Assembly (NCBI GenBank): GCA_004431415.1
Contig: QPMI01000520.1
Coordinates: 372,001-436,000 of the forward strand
Source of the DNA: Cyanophora paradoxa CCMP329
Lineage: Eukaryota > Plantae > Glaucophyta
Length of the DNA stretch: 64,000 nucleotides
Direction of reading: 5' to 3'
Made by a program: the position numbers and the translations under genes. Shown one piece after another: positions 23,650 through 35,466 of this stretch; the stretch's first letter is position 1; each line of letters starts with the position of its first letter. Below the pieces are notes generated by a model. The model saw only the letters and a list, made by a program, of their open reading frames with translations, searched no databases and had not been told where the DNA came from.

Positions 23650-25606
23650 CTAAGCTTCTTCATCTGCCGCCCCCTCGCGCTCGGGCGCGGGTTCGCCCAG
23701 CGCGGGGACGGGGCGGCGGTCGAAGTAGCGGCCGAAGAAGTTGCGGTCGGTGGCGTCGCGGACGAAGCGGGCGGGGTTCTCCGCCGAGGCGAGGGCGTCC
23801 CCCACCCACACCGCGTCGAACCCCGCCTCCCGCATCCGCTGCGCATCCTCCGCCCTCTCTGACCCCGCCCCCCGCCAGCCCCCTCACCCCTCCTCTCTCC
23901 ATCGCGAGGGCCCCGGCCGCGGGGCGCGCGCGCACCGATGCCCCCGTGCGCGATCGTGACGACGCCGTCGGGGATGAGGGCGCGCATCTGGCTCGTGTGA
24001 GGCGGGAGGCCGGCGGGGCCGGCGGGCGGACGGGCGGGCGGGCGGGCGGGCGGGGGCGCCTGCTCGGGGACGGCGAGGTCGGCGGGGGCCGTCGGGTCGT
24101 TGCGGTCGAGCGCCGTGACGCTGCCGCCGGCGGGTCGGATGGCGTGGCATGAGATCGGGGGGCGCGGTGTATCGGTGCAGGCGGGGCGAGGCGCCGGGGC
24201 ACCTGATGATGCCGGCGCCGGCCTCGAAGGCGAGGTCCAGCTCCTCCACGTTGCACACCTGCCCCCGCTCCGCCTCGCCCGGCGCGGGCGCGGGGGGGGG
24301 GGGGGGGGGGGGGGGGGGGAGAGAGAGAGAGAGAGGGGGGGGGGGGGGAGAGGGGGGCGGAGGCGCCTCGACGACGGGCTCGAGGCCCATAGTCGTCGTC
24401 GCGTCGAGCAGCTCCTCCAGGTCCCGGCCCACCTTCGCGTCCGGCGGAGGAGGCTCAGCGAGGGGCGCGGGGCGGCCACGGGAGACGCCCCCGCGCGCAT
24501 GCAGGCACCAGCGAGACGATGAGGAGGACGCCGGCCGCGCCCATCTCGGCCGCCTCCGCGATCTGGGAGAGCGGGGGAGGGAGGGGACTCGGCGAGGAGG
24601 AGGGGGAGGAGGGGGCGGGGGCGGGCCTGGATGGGGTGCACGAAGTAGTCGTGGGCGATGACGGGGAGCATGGCGGGGTTGGGCACGTGCTCGAGCTCCG
24701 GGTCGCTGTACACGACCCGCTCGATGTCCTCCAGGGCCCCCGCCCCCGCGTCCGTCTGCACCGCCACCGCGTCCACGCCGGCCCGCCGGTAGAGCTTCGC
24801 CCACGCCGCCGCGTTCCGCGCTGCCGGCGCCGCCCCGTGAGGCCGCCGCCTGCGCACTTGCGGAAGGGAGGCGCGTGCGCACGGGACTTGGCCATGCGGC
24901 GGCGGATGTCGCCGATGAGGCAGAGGCGGTTGCGCGTGAGGGCGTGCCCCAGCCGCTTGCTCTCCCGCAGCGAGAGATACTCGAGCCGCATGCGTAGCGG
25001 GTGGTGCGGTGCAGCGAACGCCGCCTCCTCGAGCGCCTTCGCTGCCTCCCACTTGCGCAGCACGATGCGGTCCAGCAGGTCCCGCCCCGCCTGCTCCTGC
25101 TGCTCCCCACCCGCCTCGCCCCGCATTGCATCTCGCAGGAAGTTTGTTTCGTTCCCGCGGTACGCGTCATCGTAGTTAAGCCGCGTGTCGTACAGCTCCC
25201 GCGTCAGCTCGTCCAGGTCGATCTGCGGAGCTCGCGCCGGCGGCAGGTCGTCGTCCTCGATCGGGCCACGTGGCTGGAAGGGTTCGGATGTGGCAGCCGC
25301 GACGCTCACGCCGGTATGCGATGCCCCAGTGGCGGCACGCGAGGCCGCGCGGAGTCCCCTGCTGCTAGCGAAGAACTCGCGGCCGTCCCGCTGCGGGGCT
25401 CGCGTACGTAGCCGGGAAGCAGATTGAGGCTCGGAGATGCGTGCAGCGATCTCCGCCTGCCCTCCGCAGCCGGGAACGGGCGGCGGTCGCGCGTGTCCCC
25501 GAGCCGACCCCGCCGCGGGGCACGCGATCTCAATGGTAGCGGCATGGTGCAGATGTCGCGCGCCTCGCGGCAGCACGGGCCCAGCGAACGCGCCGGCGCC
25601 CTGCAT
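23650..25606 (-). CDS. Indole-3-glycerol-phosphate synthase (TrpC)-like TIM barrel, catalytically degenerate, probably plastid-targeted
   Basis: Spliced motifs AGVDAVAVQTD, LPVIAHDYFVHPIQIAEAAEMGAAGVLLI, MGLEPVVEVCNVEEL, IAHGGI, AGFDAVWVGDAL. N-terminus MQGAGAF. 7 introns, 3 of them GC-AG. Confidence 0.8.
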
Positions 25607-25993
25607 CGTGCGACTGTACCCCGCCAGATACAAGATGTCGGCGGCCTTCGCCCTGCTAGCGTGCTGCGCGAGCGGTCCCCGGGCGCCTTTCGTCAATCAG
25701 CATGAAGTTGTCGTGCGCCCGGTTCATCGATCATGCGGCACGCAGTGCCACTAAGTCGCTTATCTCTCGGCGGCAGTGCCCGGCGAAGAACCCAGCAGAG
25801 GGCTCAAGGATACGCGCCCGGATTGGCGCGGTGCAGTGGCTCGCGGGCGGCGCGAGCGCACATAGCAAGCGCCTGCTCACGGCCTTGCGGCCCAGGTTCG
25901 CCGATCGCATCGATATCACACATCTTAGCACGAGTTTTAACATAATTCGATTGCGCGCGCAGCTCGCGGCTTCCGCTTCCGCCTTCGAACTTC

Positions 25994-28900
25994 ATGATCA
26001 AGGCGCAAGCCAAGAGGGGAGGGGCCGAGGGCTGGAATAGCCAAGTACGCTGTACAAGCCAGCTGCGGCTATGCTATAGCGCGCCCGCCTCACTTCTTCG
26101 TCGCGTATCTAGCGCCCCCCGCACACCGGGAACCTAGATCTGAATCTAGATTTCGCCCCTTCTAGCTTCTAGAATCGGGGCGACTGACTGCCGCGCGCGT
26201 CCCGCAGCTCGCCGCGCTCGCCAAGACAGGTAACACGGAGGTAAGAAGGGTCGCGGCGCGCCCGGTCGAACTCGAGCGCGAGCCCAGCCGGTCGCGCAGG
26301 CGCTTCTGGACCTCTACCGCGCTATGCTGCGGTCCTCCGTTAAGCCCAGTGTTGCGACGTACGCAAGCGCAAGCGGCCCGCGCCCGGCCCCGCCCGCCGC
26401 GCGTCTCAAGCCGCGGGCAGCTACGCGATCTGCATCAAGGCGTTCATCGAGAACCGCGCCGAGGAGCACGCCAAGCAGCTCTGGTCTCGCCCCGCCCGCC
26501 CGCCATCGCCCCCGCCCGCGCCCACGCCGTGACCGTGTCGCCCTCGCGCCGCGCGCAGGGACCACATGCGCCTTGCCGGCATCAAAGTGCAGCCGGCCCC
26601 GCCCCGGCCCTCCCCGCTGCGGGCGCGGGCCGCTGAGGGGGCGGGGGCGCGTGGGGCAGGCGAACACGATCTTCTTCAACGGGATCATGTCGGCGTACGT
26701 GAAGATCAACGAGCCGAAGAAGGTGGTGGAGGTGCACCGGGAGATGCAGCGCTGCAACCTGCGCGAGGACATCATCACGTACAACGTCCTCATCCACGCG
26801 AACTGCAAGGTGGACCGCGTGGACCGCGCGCAGGCCCTCCTTGAGGAGATGCGGGGGCGGGGCGTGCGGTGCAACGCGTACACGTACAACACGCTGGTGG
26901 ACCACTGGGTGAAGAAGCGGCGGCCCGAGGAGGTCGCCCGCGTCCTCGACGAGATGCGCGCCGCCGGCATCGAGCCGACGGTCGTCACCTGTGCGCCCCC
27001 GCGCCGCCCCCTCGTCCCCTGCGCGCTGTCGCCGGGGGGACGACGAGGAGGGACGGGGCGCAGACGGGATGCTGCTGCAGCTGCACGCGGAAATGGGGGA
27101 CCTGGAGGAGTGCGAGCGCCTGCTTGCCGAGATGCGCGCCCGCCGCCTCCAGGAGAGCGTCGTCACCTACAACATCCTCGTGCGCCCCCGCCCGCCCCCG
27201 CCCGCCCCCTCCCCGAGAGGCGGGCGCTGAGAGGCGTGCGCGGCGCGGCGGCCTCGGGGGCAGATCAACGCGCACGCGCGGGCGGGGGACATCGAGCGGG
27301 CCTTCGAGCTCCGCTCCGAGATGCGCGCCAAGGGCCTGCAGGACAACGCGCGCCCCGCCCCGGCCCCCCGCCCCCCCGCTGCTGCTCTGACGCGGGGCGG
27401 GCGCAGGTGATGACCTACTCGTCGCTCATGGACGCCCTCTGCAAGCGGCGCCAGCTCGAGCGCGCCCTCGAGCTGCGCCGCGAGATGCGCGCCCGCGGTG
27501 CCCGCCCCCTCCCCACCACCCTCTCCCGTCCCGCCCCCTCCCAGAGCGGAGTTGTCCGGGCTGAAAGCTTGAGCTCGGCCCGGGAGGCTCTTGGAGGTGA
27601 GGCTCAGGGGTCACTGAAGGGGGCGCTCGGCAGGCGTGCGGGAGAACTCGGTCATCTTCAACGTCCTCATCGACGCCTACGCCAAGCGCGGCCGCGTCGA
27701 CGCCGTCCGCGCCCTCTGGGCCGGTGCCCCCCACCTCCCCCCCTCCCCCCCGAGGCCCCCTGGGGCTCAGCGGCGGGCAGAGATGCGGCGGGCGCGCATC
27801 CCGCCGAGCCTCGTGACTTACTCGACACTTGTGGACAGCTTCGCAAAGGCGCGCGTGCCCCGGCTCTCTGGCGCTCCTCCCCGTCCCGGCTCTGATGGGG
27901 GGGGCGGGGGCGGGCGCAGAACGGGGAGCTGGAGGCGGCCGAGGCGGTCTTCGAGGAGATGGAGGCCGCCGGCGTGGTCCGCCCCGCCCCAGCCAGCCCG
28001 AGCCGCCCCGGGCCGGCCCGAGCGGGCGGGGGCGGGCGCAGCGGGCGTCGGTGGTGACGATGGGGGCGCTGCTGAACGGGTACGCCAAGGCGGGGGACGT
28101 GGCGGCGGTGCGGCGCGTGCGCGACGAGATGGCCCGCCGAGGCATGCGCGAGAACGAGGTGCGGCGCGCCCTCCCCACCCCACCCCTCCCCGCCCCAGCG
28201 CCTCCTCCCAGGTGCACCTGGGGGCGGTGATCGAGGCGCACAACCGGGGCGGGGACCTGGCCGGCGCGGAGGCGGCCTTCGCGGAGATCGAGGCCCGCGG
28301 CCTCCCCGTCACCCCCATCGCCCTCAACAAGCCCGCCCCCGCCCCCTCCCTCCCCCTCCCATCCCCTTCCCCTCTGAGGAGGGTGCGGGGGGCAGCTACA
28401 TGGACGCGCTGGCGAAGCACGGGGAGCTGGCGCGCGCCGAGGCCCTCCTCGCCTCCATGCGCGGGCGCTACGGGGTCGACCCCAACGTCAACCACTACAC
28501 CAACGTACCCCCCGCCCCGCCCCCCGCCCCCGCCCGACCCCGACCCGGCTGATCGCGATCGCGGCCGGGCAGCTCGTGGAGGCCCACGCCCGCACGGGCA
28601 ACGTGCGCCCCGCCCGCCCCCGCCCCCGCCCGCTCGCCGCCCCGCGGAACGCGCGCCTCTGCTGACCTCCGCCTTCCCCAGTTCGACGCGGCGTACGGGG
28701 TGCTGGAGGAGATGACCGCCCGCGCCGTCCACCCCAACATCGTCACATGCGCGCCCCCGCCCCGCCCCGCCCCCCCCGCCGCCCTCCGCCTGATGGGGGC
28801 GCTCGCCGGGGCAGACGGGGTGCTGGTGGACGGGCACGTGCGGGGCGGGGAGGTGCGGGCGGCGCTCGGCGTGCTGGAGCGCATGGCGGGGGCCGGCGTG

Positions 28901-29488
28901 GCCCCTGACGCGCGCATGGTGGCCACCCTCGCCGACGCCTGCGTCGCCGCCAGCGACGCCGGCGCCGCCGCCGCCTCGCGGGGCGCCCCGAGGCCCTCCG
29001 CCACCTCCGCCGCTCCCCGTCCTTCGTCGCGTTCCTGCGCGCTGCCGCCCCCGCCGCCGCGGCCGCCGCCGGCCTCGACTCGGCCGCCCTCGCCGACGCC
29101 GCCTCCAGCAGCGGCCCCCCCGAGAAGGCCGCCACCCGCCGCGCCCGCTACGGCCTGCCCTCGGCACGCAGGCAGCAGCAGTGGACCCGCGAGGACGCGC
29201 GCGCCAGCTACGCGGGGAGGATGCGGTGCGCCCGCGCCCCGCCCCGCGGCCAGTGGGCCACGTCGGGCCAAAGACTGACGCCCGTTGGGTGCGGGCAGAC
29301 GGGAGGCGATCGTGGGGCCGGACGAGGAGGGTGGCGCCTGGGACGAAGGGGAGGAGGACGAGGAGGAGGAGGCCGGCTGGGGCGACGAGGAGGGCGACGA
29401 GGAGGACGAGGAGGGGGAGTCCAAGTACGTCGCCTACGCTCGCGACGCCTCCATACCCGCCGCCTTCGAGCGCTCCCCGCGCCGATAG
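25994..29488 (+). CDS. P-class pentatricopeptide repeat (PPR) protein, about 13 repeats, acidic C-terminus
   Basis: 35-aa repeats such as ITYNVLIHANCKVDRVDRAQALLEEMRGRGV and YTYNTLVDHWVKK. About 16 short introns. Probable indel errors near 28970-29200. Confidence 0.9.
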
Positions 29489-30153
29489 CTCCACGCTCGC
29501 CCTGCAGCTGCAGCCTCCGCAGCCACTAGGATAGACGCCTACAGCCAGGATAGGCGAGTCGCTTATTGGCCGGCTGCGGGCGCTGCGGCCGCCGGCGCGC
29601 CGCGCAATTCAGGAGTAGATATCGCGGTTCGCCGGTTCGGGCGCCGGCATTGCGATCTCTCGTTCAGTTTCAGTTTTCGTTCAATTCGGAAGGGGGATGG
29701 CAGAGCCGGATTAATTTCTCTTTTCCCGTTGAGCAGTTGCCGTGAAGGCATGGCGTGCCAAGCCGAGCTGACAGCTTTACCCTGCTTCGAACAAACGGTC
29801 GCGATCAGCAAGGCCCCCGCGAGCACAGCAAACGGGTGGGATCAGTCTTCGCGGTCCCGGTCCAGCGGCGGAATATGTGACCATGTCCTCAGCTGCAGCC
29901 GGCGCCACGCACACGCGCGCGCGCGCGCACCGCCGAATCGAGCCTCGGAGGCACACGCGCGCGCGCGCGCCGCCGACATCGATCGAGGGCCAGGGGCAGC
30001 ATGTCGAGCGAGTCGCACTGTTCACGTCTCTGCGGCCGGCGTTCCAGATTCCGCTGTTCGTGCAGCGAGCGCGCGTGCTGGGGCGCGAGCGCAAACGGCG
30101 CCGATCAAATTCACGACGACCGTGTACCCGGGCCGGTAGCGGGTACACACAAA

Positions 30154-31197
30154 ATGCTGCGCGGATTGCTCCCCCTGGGCCGCACGGCCGCGCGGCATGC
30201 CGCCGGCCAGCGCCTCGGCGGTGTTCGGGCGTCGTGGACGGATGCGAGTGCGTCTCCTGCGTGATTTGCCTCTTCCGTGCTGATTCGCTCGGCCACGCAG
30301 TCAGCAAGCACCGGAAGGTGGTAGTGTTTAACGAGAAGCAGCCCATCGTCGCCACAGACACATACATCGCGCCCAGCGCACTCGTCCTTGGCCAGGTCGA
30401 GGTGGGCGTCCGCTCGTCGATCTGGTACAACGCCGTTGTGCGCGGTGAGCCCCTTTCCGCTTTCCGGGCCGCCGGGAGCGCTGCCGCATGCTTCGAGCCC
30501 GCCGGCTCCGTCCTCGCTCATTGCGCCGGCAGGCGACCTCAACGAGGTCCGCATCGGCGGTGTGAGCAACATCGGTGACTGCGCGGTGGTTCAGACCGCC
30601 CCCGACAACGCCGAGAACCTCATGGGCGGCTCCACTATCATCGGCAACTACGTTAGCATCGGTCCGCGCGGCCATCGGGGCGCCCGGCCGGCGGGCTCTT
30701 AACCTTTCTTTTCTGCAGGCGCGGGCGCCACCCTGAGGGCGTGCGTGATCGAGAACAGCGTCATCATCGGCGCGCGGTCGGTCGTCTCGGACGGCGCCGT
30801 CGTCGAGCGGAACTCCATCCTGGAGCCTGGCTCGGTGGTCGTCGAGGGCCAGCGCATCCCCGAGGGCGAGGTGCGCTCCTCCGCGGCGCTTCAAGCTGGC
30901 TTCTCGCCCGGCGGCCGCCCTGACGCGGCGGCAGCTCTGGGGCGGCAACCCCGCGCGGTTCGTGCGCAAGCTGTCGGAGTCGGAGCGGGCGGACATCGAC
31001 GTCGTCGCCGACAAGGTGCCCGCCACCTCCTCCGCCCCTCCCGGAGCTTCCTCCCCCCTCGGCGCGGCTGATGCGCGGGGCGGCGGGGGCAGGTGTACCA
31101 GATCAACCAGGACCACGGCGAGGAGTTCTACCTGCCCTACAGCACCGCGTACCTCGAGCTGGAGGCCCTCCGCGGCAAGCGCGTCGCCAACGCGTAG
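30154..31197 (+). CDS. Mitochondrial complex I gamma carbonic anhydrase-like subunit (gamma-CAL type)
   Basis: YIAPSALVLGQVEVG..SSIWYNAVVRGDLNEVRIG, hexapeptide repeats, ELWGGNPARFVRKL. The Zn-ligand His positions read Q/A/R. Arg-rich presequence. Confidence 0.88.
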
Positions 31198-31377
31198 CAG
31201 CAGCGGCCCCCTCCGGTCCACCCCCCTGGGCCATCCACCCCCTCCCCGCCCTAGCCTCCCGCCTCGCCCCCGCCAGCGACGGCCACCGCCGCACCCCGTC
31301 CTCGCTTCATCGTCATAATTGCTTTCCTCGAAGAAAAGAAAGAAAGGGAATAGGTTCGGTGCTGCTGCGGGGCGCCG

Positions 31378-34300
31378 CTAGAGGGACCAGTCGCCGGAGA
31401 AGGCGTACCCGTAGATGGGAGCGAGCCAGTCCGGGAGGCGCCCCGGGCCCGACTCGAAGGACTTGATGAGGGCGGAGCGGCCGACCCCGAGCACGGCGCA
31501 GGAGAGGGTGAAGGCGACGGCCGCCGGCGCCGCCCCGCCCCGCTCGGAGACGGCGAGCGAGAGCTCGAAGGCCCGCGAGCCAATGTGGCGCACCAGGTAC
31601 TCGCGCACGTGGCTGCCCCGCGTCGGCGCCGGCGGGGCATGCAGGCTCCAGGCGAGGAGCGCGCGGCGGGGCCCGAGGTCGAACTCGAGGGCGGCGTACT
31701 CCCCCGGGCACTCGGCGCGCACCGTCAGGTTCCGCGTGGCGCCCCCGGGGCCCCGGCCCCGCTCGTCCGCGACGAGGGCGAGGGCGGGGCGGCTGTCCGA
31801 GGGGGCCGCGGGCGCCCACGCGGCGCCCCCGAGGTCGATGGCGTGGCCGCGGCCGTAGAGGCCGGCGGCGGGGTAGACGGCGGCGAGGGCGGCGCCGGTG
31901 TCGTTGACGGCGCGCCAGGGCCAGGGCCCCGCCTTCGAGGCCGGGAAGGCCGCCTCGAGGGCGCGGGAGAGGGCCGGCAGGTGCAACGGCCGCCCGTGGT
32001 CCATCGGCACCGCCAGCAGCCCCCGCGCCTCCAGCTTGACCCCCATCGCCCCCCCCGGGCCCGGCACCATCCGCACCATCTCGAGCACGACGAGCCGCTG
32101 CGGCGAGACGGTCAGCGGGCGCGGGGTGGAGGGGGGAGGGGCTGCCCGCCTTGGGGTGGTCGAGGGAGTAGGGGGGGCGGGCGAGGGAGGTGCCGGCGGC
32201 AACAAGAATGGACGTGAGGATGAGGGCGGCGGCGGCGAGGCGCAGCGGCCGCAGCAAATCGAAGTGCGTGGGGCGGGAGAGGGCGGGGAGGAAGGGGAGC
32301 AGGGGAACGAGGTGCCAGAGGGCGAGGCCGCCCACGATCGCCGCCAGCGCCACCTCGTTCATCGGGTCCGGGCCCCCGCGGCCCACTGCACCGCCCAGCC
32401 GTCAGAGGCAGCCGGCGGGGGGGCGGGCGGGAGGGCGCACTCATGGGGAGGAAGGTGCGGATGGTGCCGAGGGTGGCGGAGCCCGAGAGGGGCAGCGGGA
32501 GGAAGGCGACGAGGCAGGCCGCAAGGAGGGAGCGGGTGCGGGCCGCGATGGGCGTCCCGAGGAGGACGGCGGCGAGGCAGGCCGCGGCGGCGTGCGCGGC
32601 GGGGACGAAGGAGGCGCCGAGGCGGGCGGCGGCGGCGGCGGCGGCGAGGAGGACGAGGGTGGCGGCGGAGGAGAGGGCGCCGAAGACCTCGAGGGCGTAG
32701 CTGCTGCCCACGCGCCGCGACTGCACCCACAGCGCCCCCGCCACCGCCGGCAGCCCGTACCTGCCGCACCGTCAGCCCCCGCGGCCGGCGCACGGCGGGG
32801 GGGGGGGCGGGGGGTGTCGCACATGATGCACGCGAGGGGGAGGGAGCCGTACCTGCGGGGGGCGGTGAGGGCGGGGCGGGGGTCGGGGGTCGGGGGGTGG
32901 GGGCGCGGACCAGGCGAGCTGGCGGCCTGAGAGGACGAGGGAGGCGGCGAGGCCGGCGGAGGCGGCGAGGCCCGTGAGGGCGGCCAGCGCGTGCCAGGCC
33001 CCCGCCACGAGGGCGCCCCGCGCGAGGGCCCCCAGCGGGAGGGCGCGCGAGCGGGCGGCCAGGAAGGCCAGCGCCAGCAGGGCGAGCAGAGCCGCCACTG
33101 CGCCGCGCGCCGCCGCGCCGTCCGCCGAGTAGCGCACCACCGCCAGCCCGAAGAGGTCGAAGTAGACGAGCGGCGCCGGCGCCGGCGCCGGCGCCGAGGC
33201 GTTCAGCGCCGCCGTCGGGCGCGCCGCCGCGAGCTCCGGCCGGTTCACCACGTGCCGCACGAACGCCAGCGCTGCGTTCGTGCCCGCCTGAGCTCCGGGC
33301 GCGCCGGGCCGCGGGTTCGAGTCCGGGCGCGCACCGTTGTCGCCCGTGTGCTGGAGCGCCCCGGCGTCCACCGCATGCTCCAGCGAGTCCGACGGCTGCC
33401 CCGAAATTAGGGGTACACGGGCTGGGAGAGGGGGGGGAAAGGGGGTGCACGGTGTGGTAGGTGTAGCCGTCGTAGGGGGTGGCCCAGTCGAGGCCGGAGA
33501 GGCCGCCGAAGTCGCGGAAGATGCGGAAGTCGTCGTCTGCGGGGATGGCGCCCGACGAGAAGAGGTCCTGGCCGAGGGAGGAGGCGACGGGCCGGGGCAC
33601 GGAGGCGGCGTAGGCGTCGAGCAGCCAGCGCTCGCGGGGGCCCGCCTGGAAGAGCACCCCCGCCCGCGCCCGCCCCAGCGCCTCCAGGTTCAGGAACGCC
33701 CGCACGCTGCCGCCCCCGCGTCGGCCCCCGCCGGGGCCGGGGGGTGGGGGGGACGGGGGGCGCGCGCACTCCTTGGCCCAGGGGTGGGAGGCGAGGAACG
33801 CATGCGAGCCCTGGAGCCACATCTCCTCGGCGCCGTTGAAGAGCAGGACGACGTCGTGGAGCCAGGGGGTCGGCCCTGGGGCCTCCACCAGCGCCCGCGC
33901 CACCTCCAGCATCGCCGCCACGTGCGCCCCGGCGTCCGCCGCCCCGCGCGAGCCCGGCCCCGAGTCCACGTGCGTGTTCACCAGCAGCGCCGCCCCGCTG
34001 CCGCCCGGCGTGAGCCGCCCCGCCCCTGCCTCCCCGGGGGGCGCCGCGGTCGCCCCGACCTGGAGCGCGGGGAGCGGATGCGGGCCGCGAGGATCGGGAT
34101 GTTCGTGTAGTGGTTGACCAGGTCCGAGCTGCTCGCCCCCGCGCCCCGCCGCGCCCCGGTTGGCGGCGCCGGCGTCGCACTCCCGCGCGCGCGGCGCTCA
34201 CCGGACGAAGCGCTGCAGGTGGAACGACCCGGAGCCGTAGGTCAACGAAACCTCCAGCTGCTCCGCGCGTGAGTACGAGCGCAGAGCGCCGCGCAACGGG

Positions 34301-34844
34301 CGGGCGCGCGCGCGAGTCACCTTGAAGCCGTTAACGGCGTTCAGCGATTCCAGGGCGGACTTGACGTACGATATCGAGCGGTTGAACGCCGCAGTAAAGG
34401 GCAGCCGCTCGTGGTTGAGCGCTCTGCGCGACGGCCGCGATCAGGGCGAGCGCTCGACGCGGAACTCAGGCGAGCGACGTCGACCGGGGGATAGGGTGGA
34501 GGGCTCCGATCGACGCGACTCGCTCGCGGAGTGCACCTAAGATGGGGCAGAGCTCGCGCCTCCGAGAAGAGGCGATCGAAAGCCGATGCGGGCGCGGGCG
34601 TTGGGGTCGTCTCCGCGATTCGATGGCACAGCACGACGGCTGTCACTAAGGCGGCGAGGAATAGAAGAACGGGAAGAGTGGTCGAGAAGCTAATCGGCTT
34701 CTGCGGTTCGTAACGCGCATGGGCTTGCTGCGCATTTCTTCGATAGTACTCTGCCAGCGCGGCGTCATACTTGAGTGTAGCTTTTGTAGGACCTTTCTGT
34801 GTCGCTTGCGCATGCGCGCCCTGCTGCTTGCTGCGGCGCTTCAT
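31378..34844 (-). CDS. M28 family ER membrane metallopeptidase (ERMP1-like)
   Basis: LLVNTHVDS, GAADAG, FNGAEEMWLQGSHAF, FLNLEA, DDDFRIF, YHT, followed by multiple TM segments and HPKRL. Confidence 0.9.
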
Positions 34845-35466
34845 CGCGCCGAATCGGTCGTGCCGACAACTCAAAACCGGTACCGGGGTCGACTCGGATC
34901 AAATTGCGTTGCAACGGCAGCGGTTAGCGCGTTGCGGCGGTTAACCTTGCATGCGCAAACAACGGCCGGCCGCGGGGGCCCCGGGCCCCTGGCCGGCAGG
35001 TATACGGCGATGCAGATTGCGCCGACGACCTCGACAGCACTAGCTATTGCTAGACTCTGAGAGTAGTTCCGTTGCAATTGCTGCGGACCGGATTGATTTT
35101 CGGATTCGAACGCTGCGCATGCCGCTGCCGCCTTGAATTTCAGTTTCAGCGCGCGCGCGCACGCCGTGGCGCGCGCCTGCCGGCCCCGGGCCCGGCGGCC
35201 TGCAGCTGGGAGCTGCAGACTGCACTGCAGCATTGGCCGGGCGCGCGCCGGCGCGCGCCCCGGGCCCGGGGAAAAGCCCCACTGGGCCATCTCGCGGATA
35301 TGAAGCTTGAGTCATGATCACTGAGCCGCGCCGACGCCGAATGCCGCACCAGCGACACACTTGCATACTATTTGATTTGCAATTGGGCGCCCCGATCGCG
35401 AGAGGAGGGACGGGGAGGATGGGGCCATGGGCTGCGGCGCTGTGGCGGCGCCGGCGGGAGCGGGGC

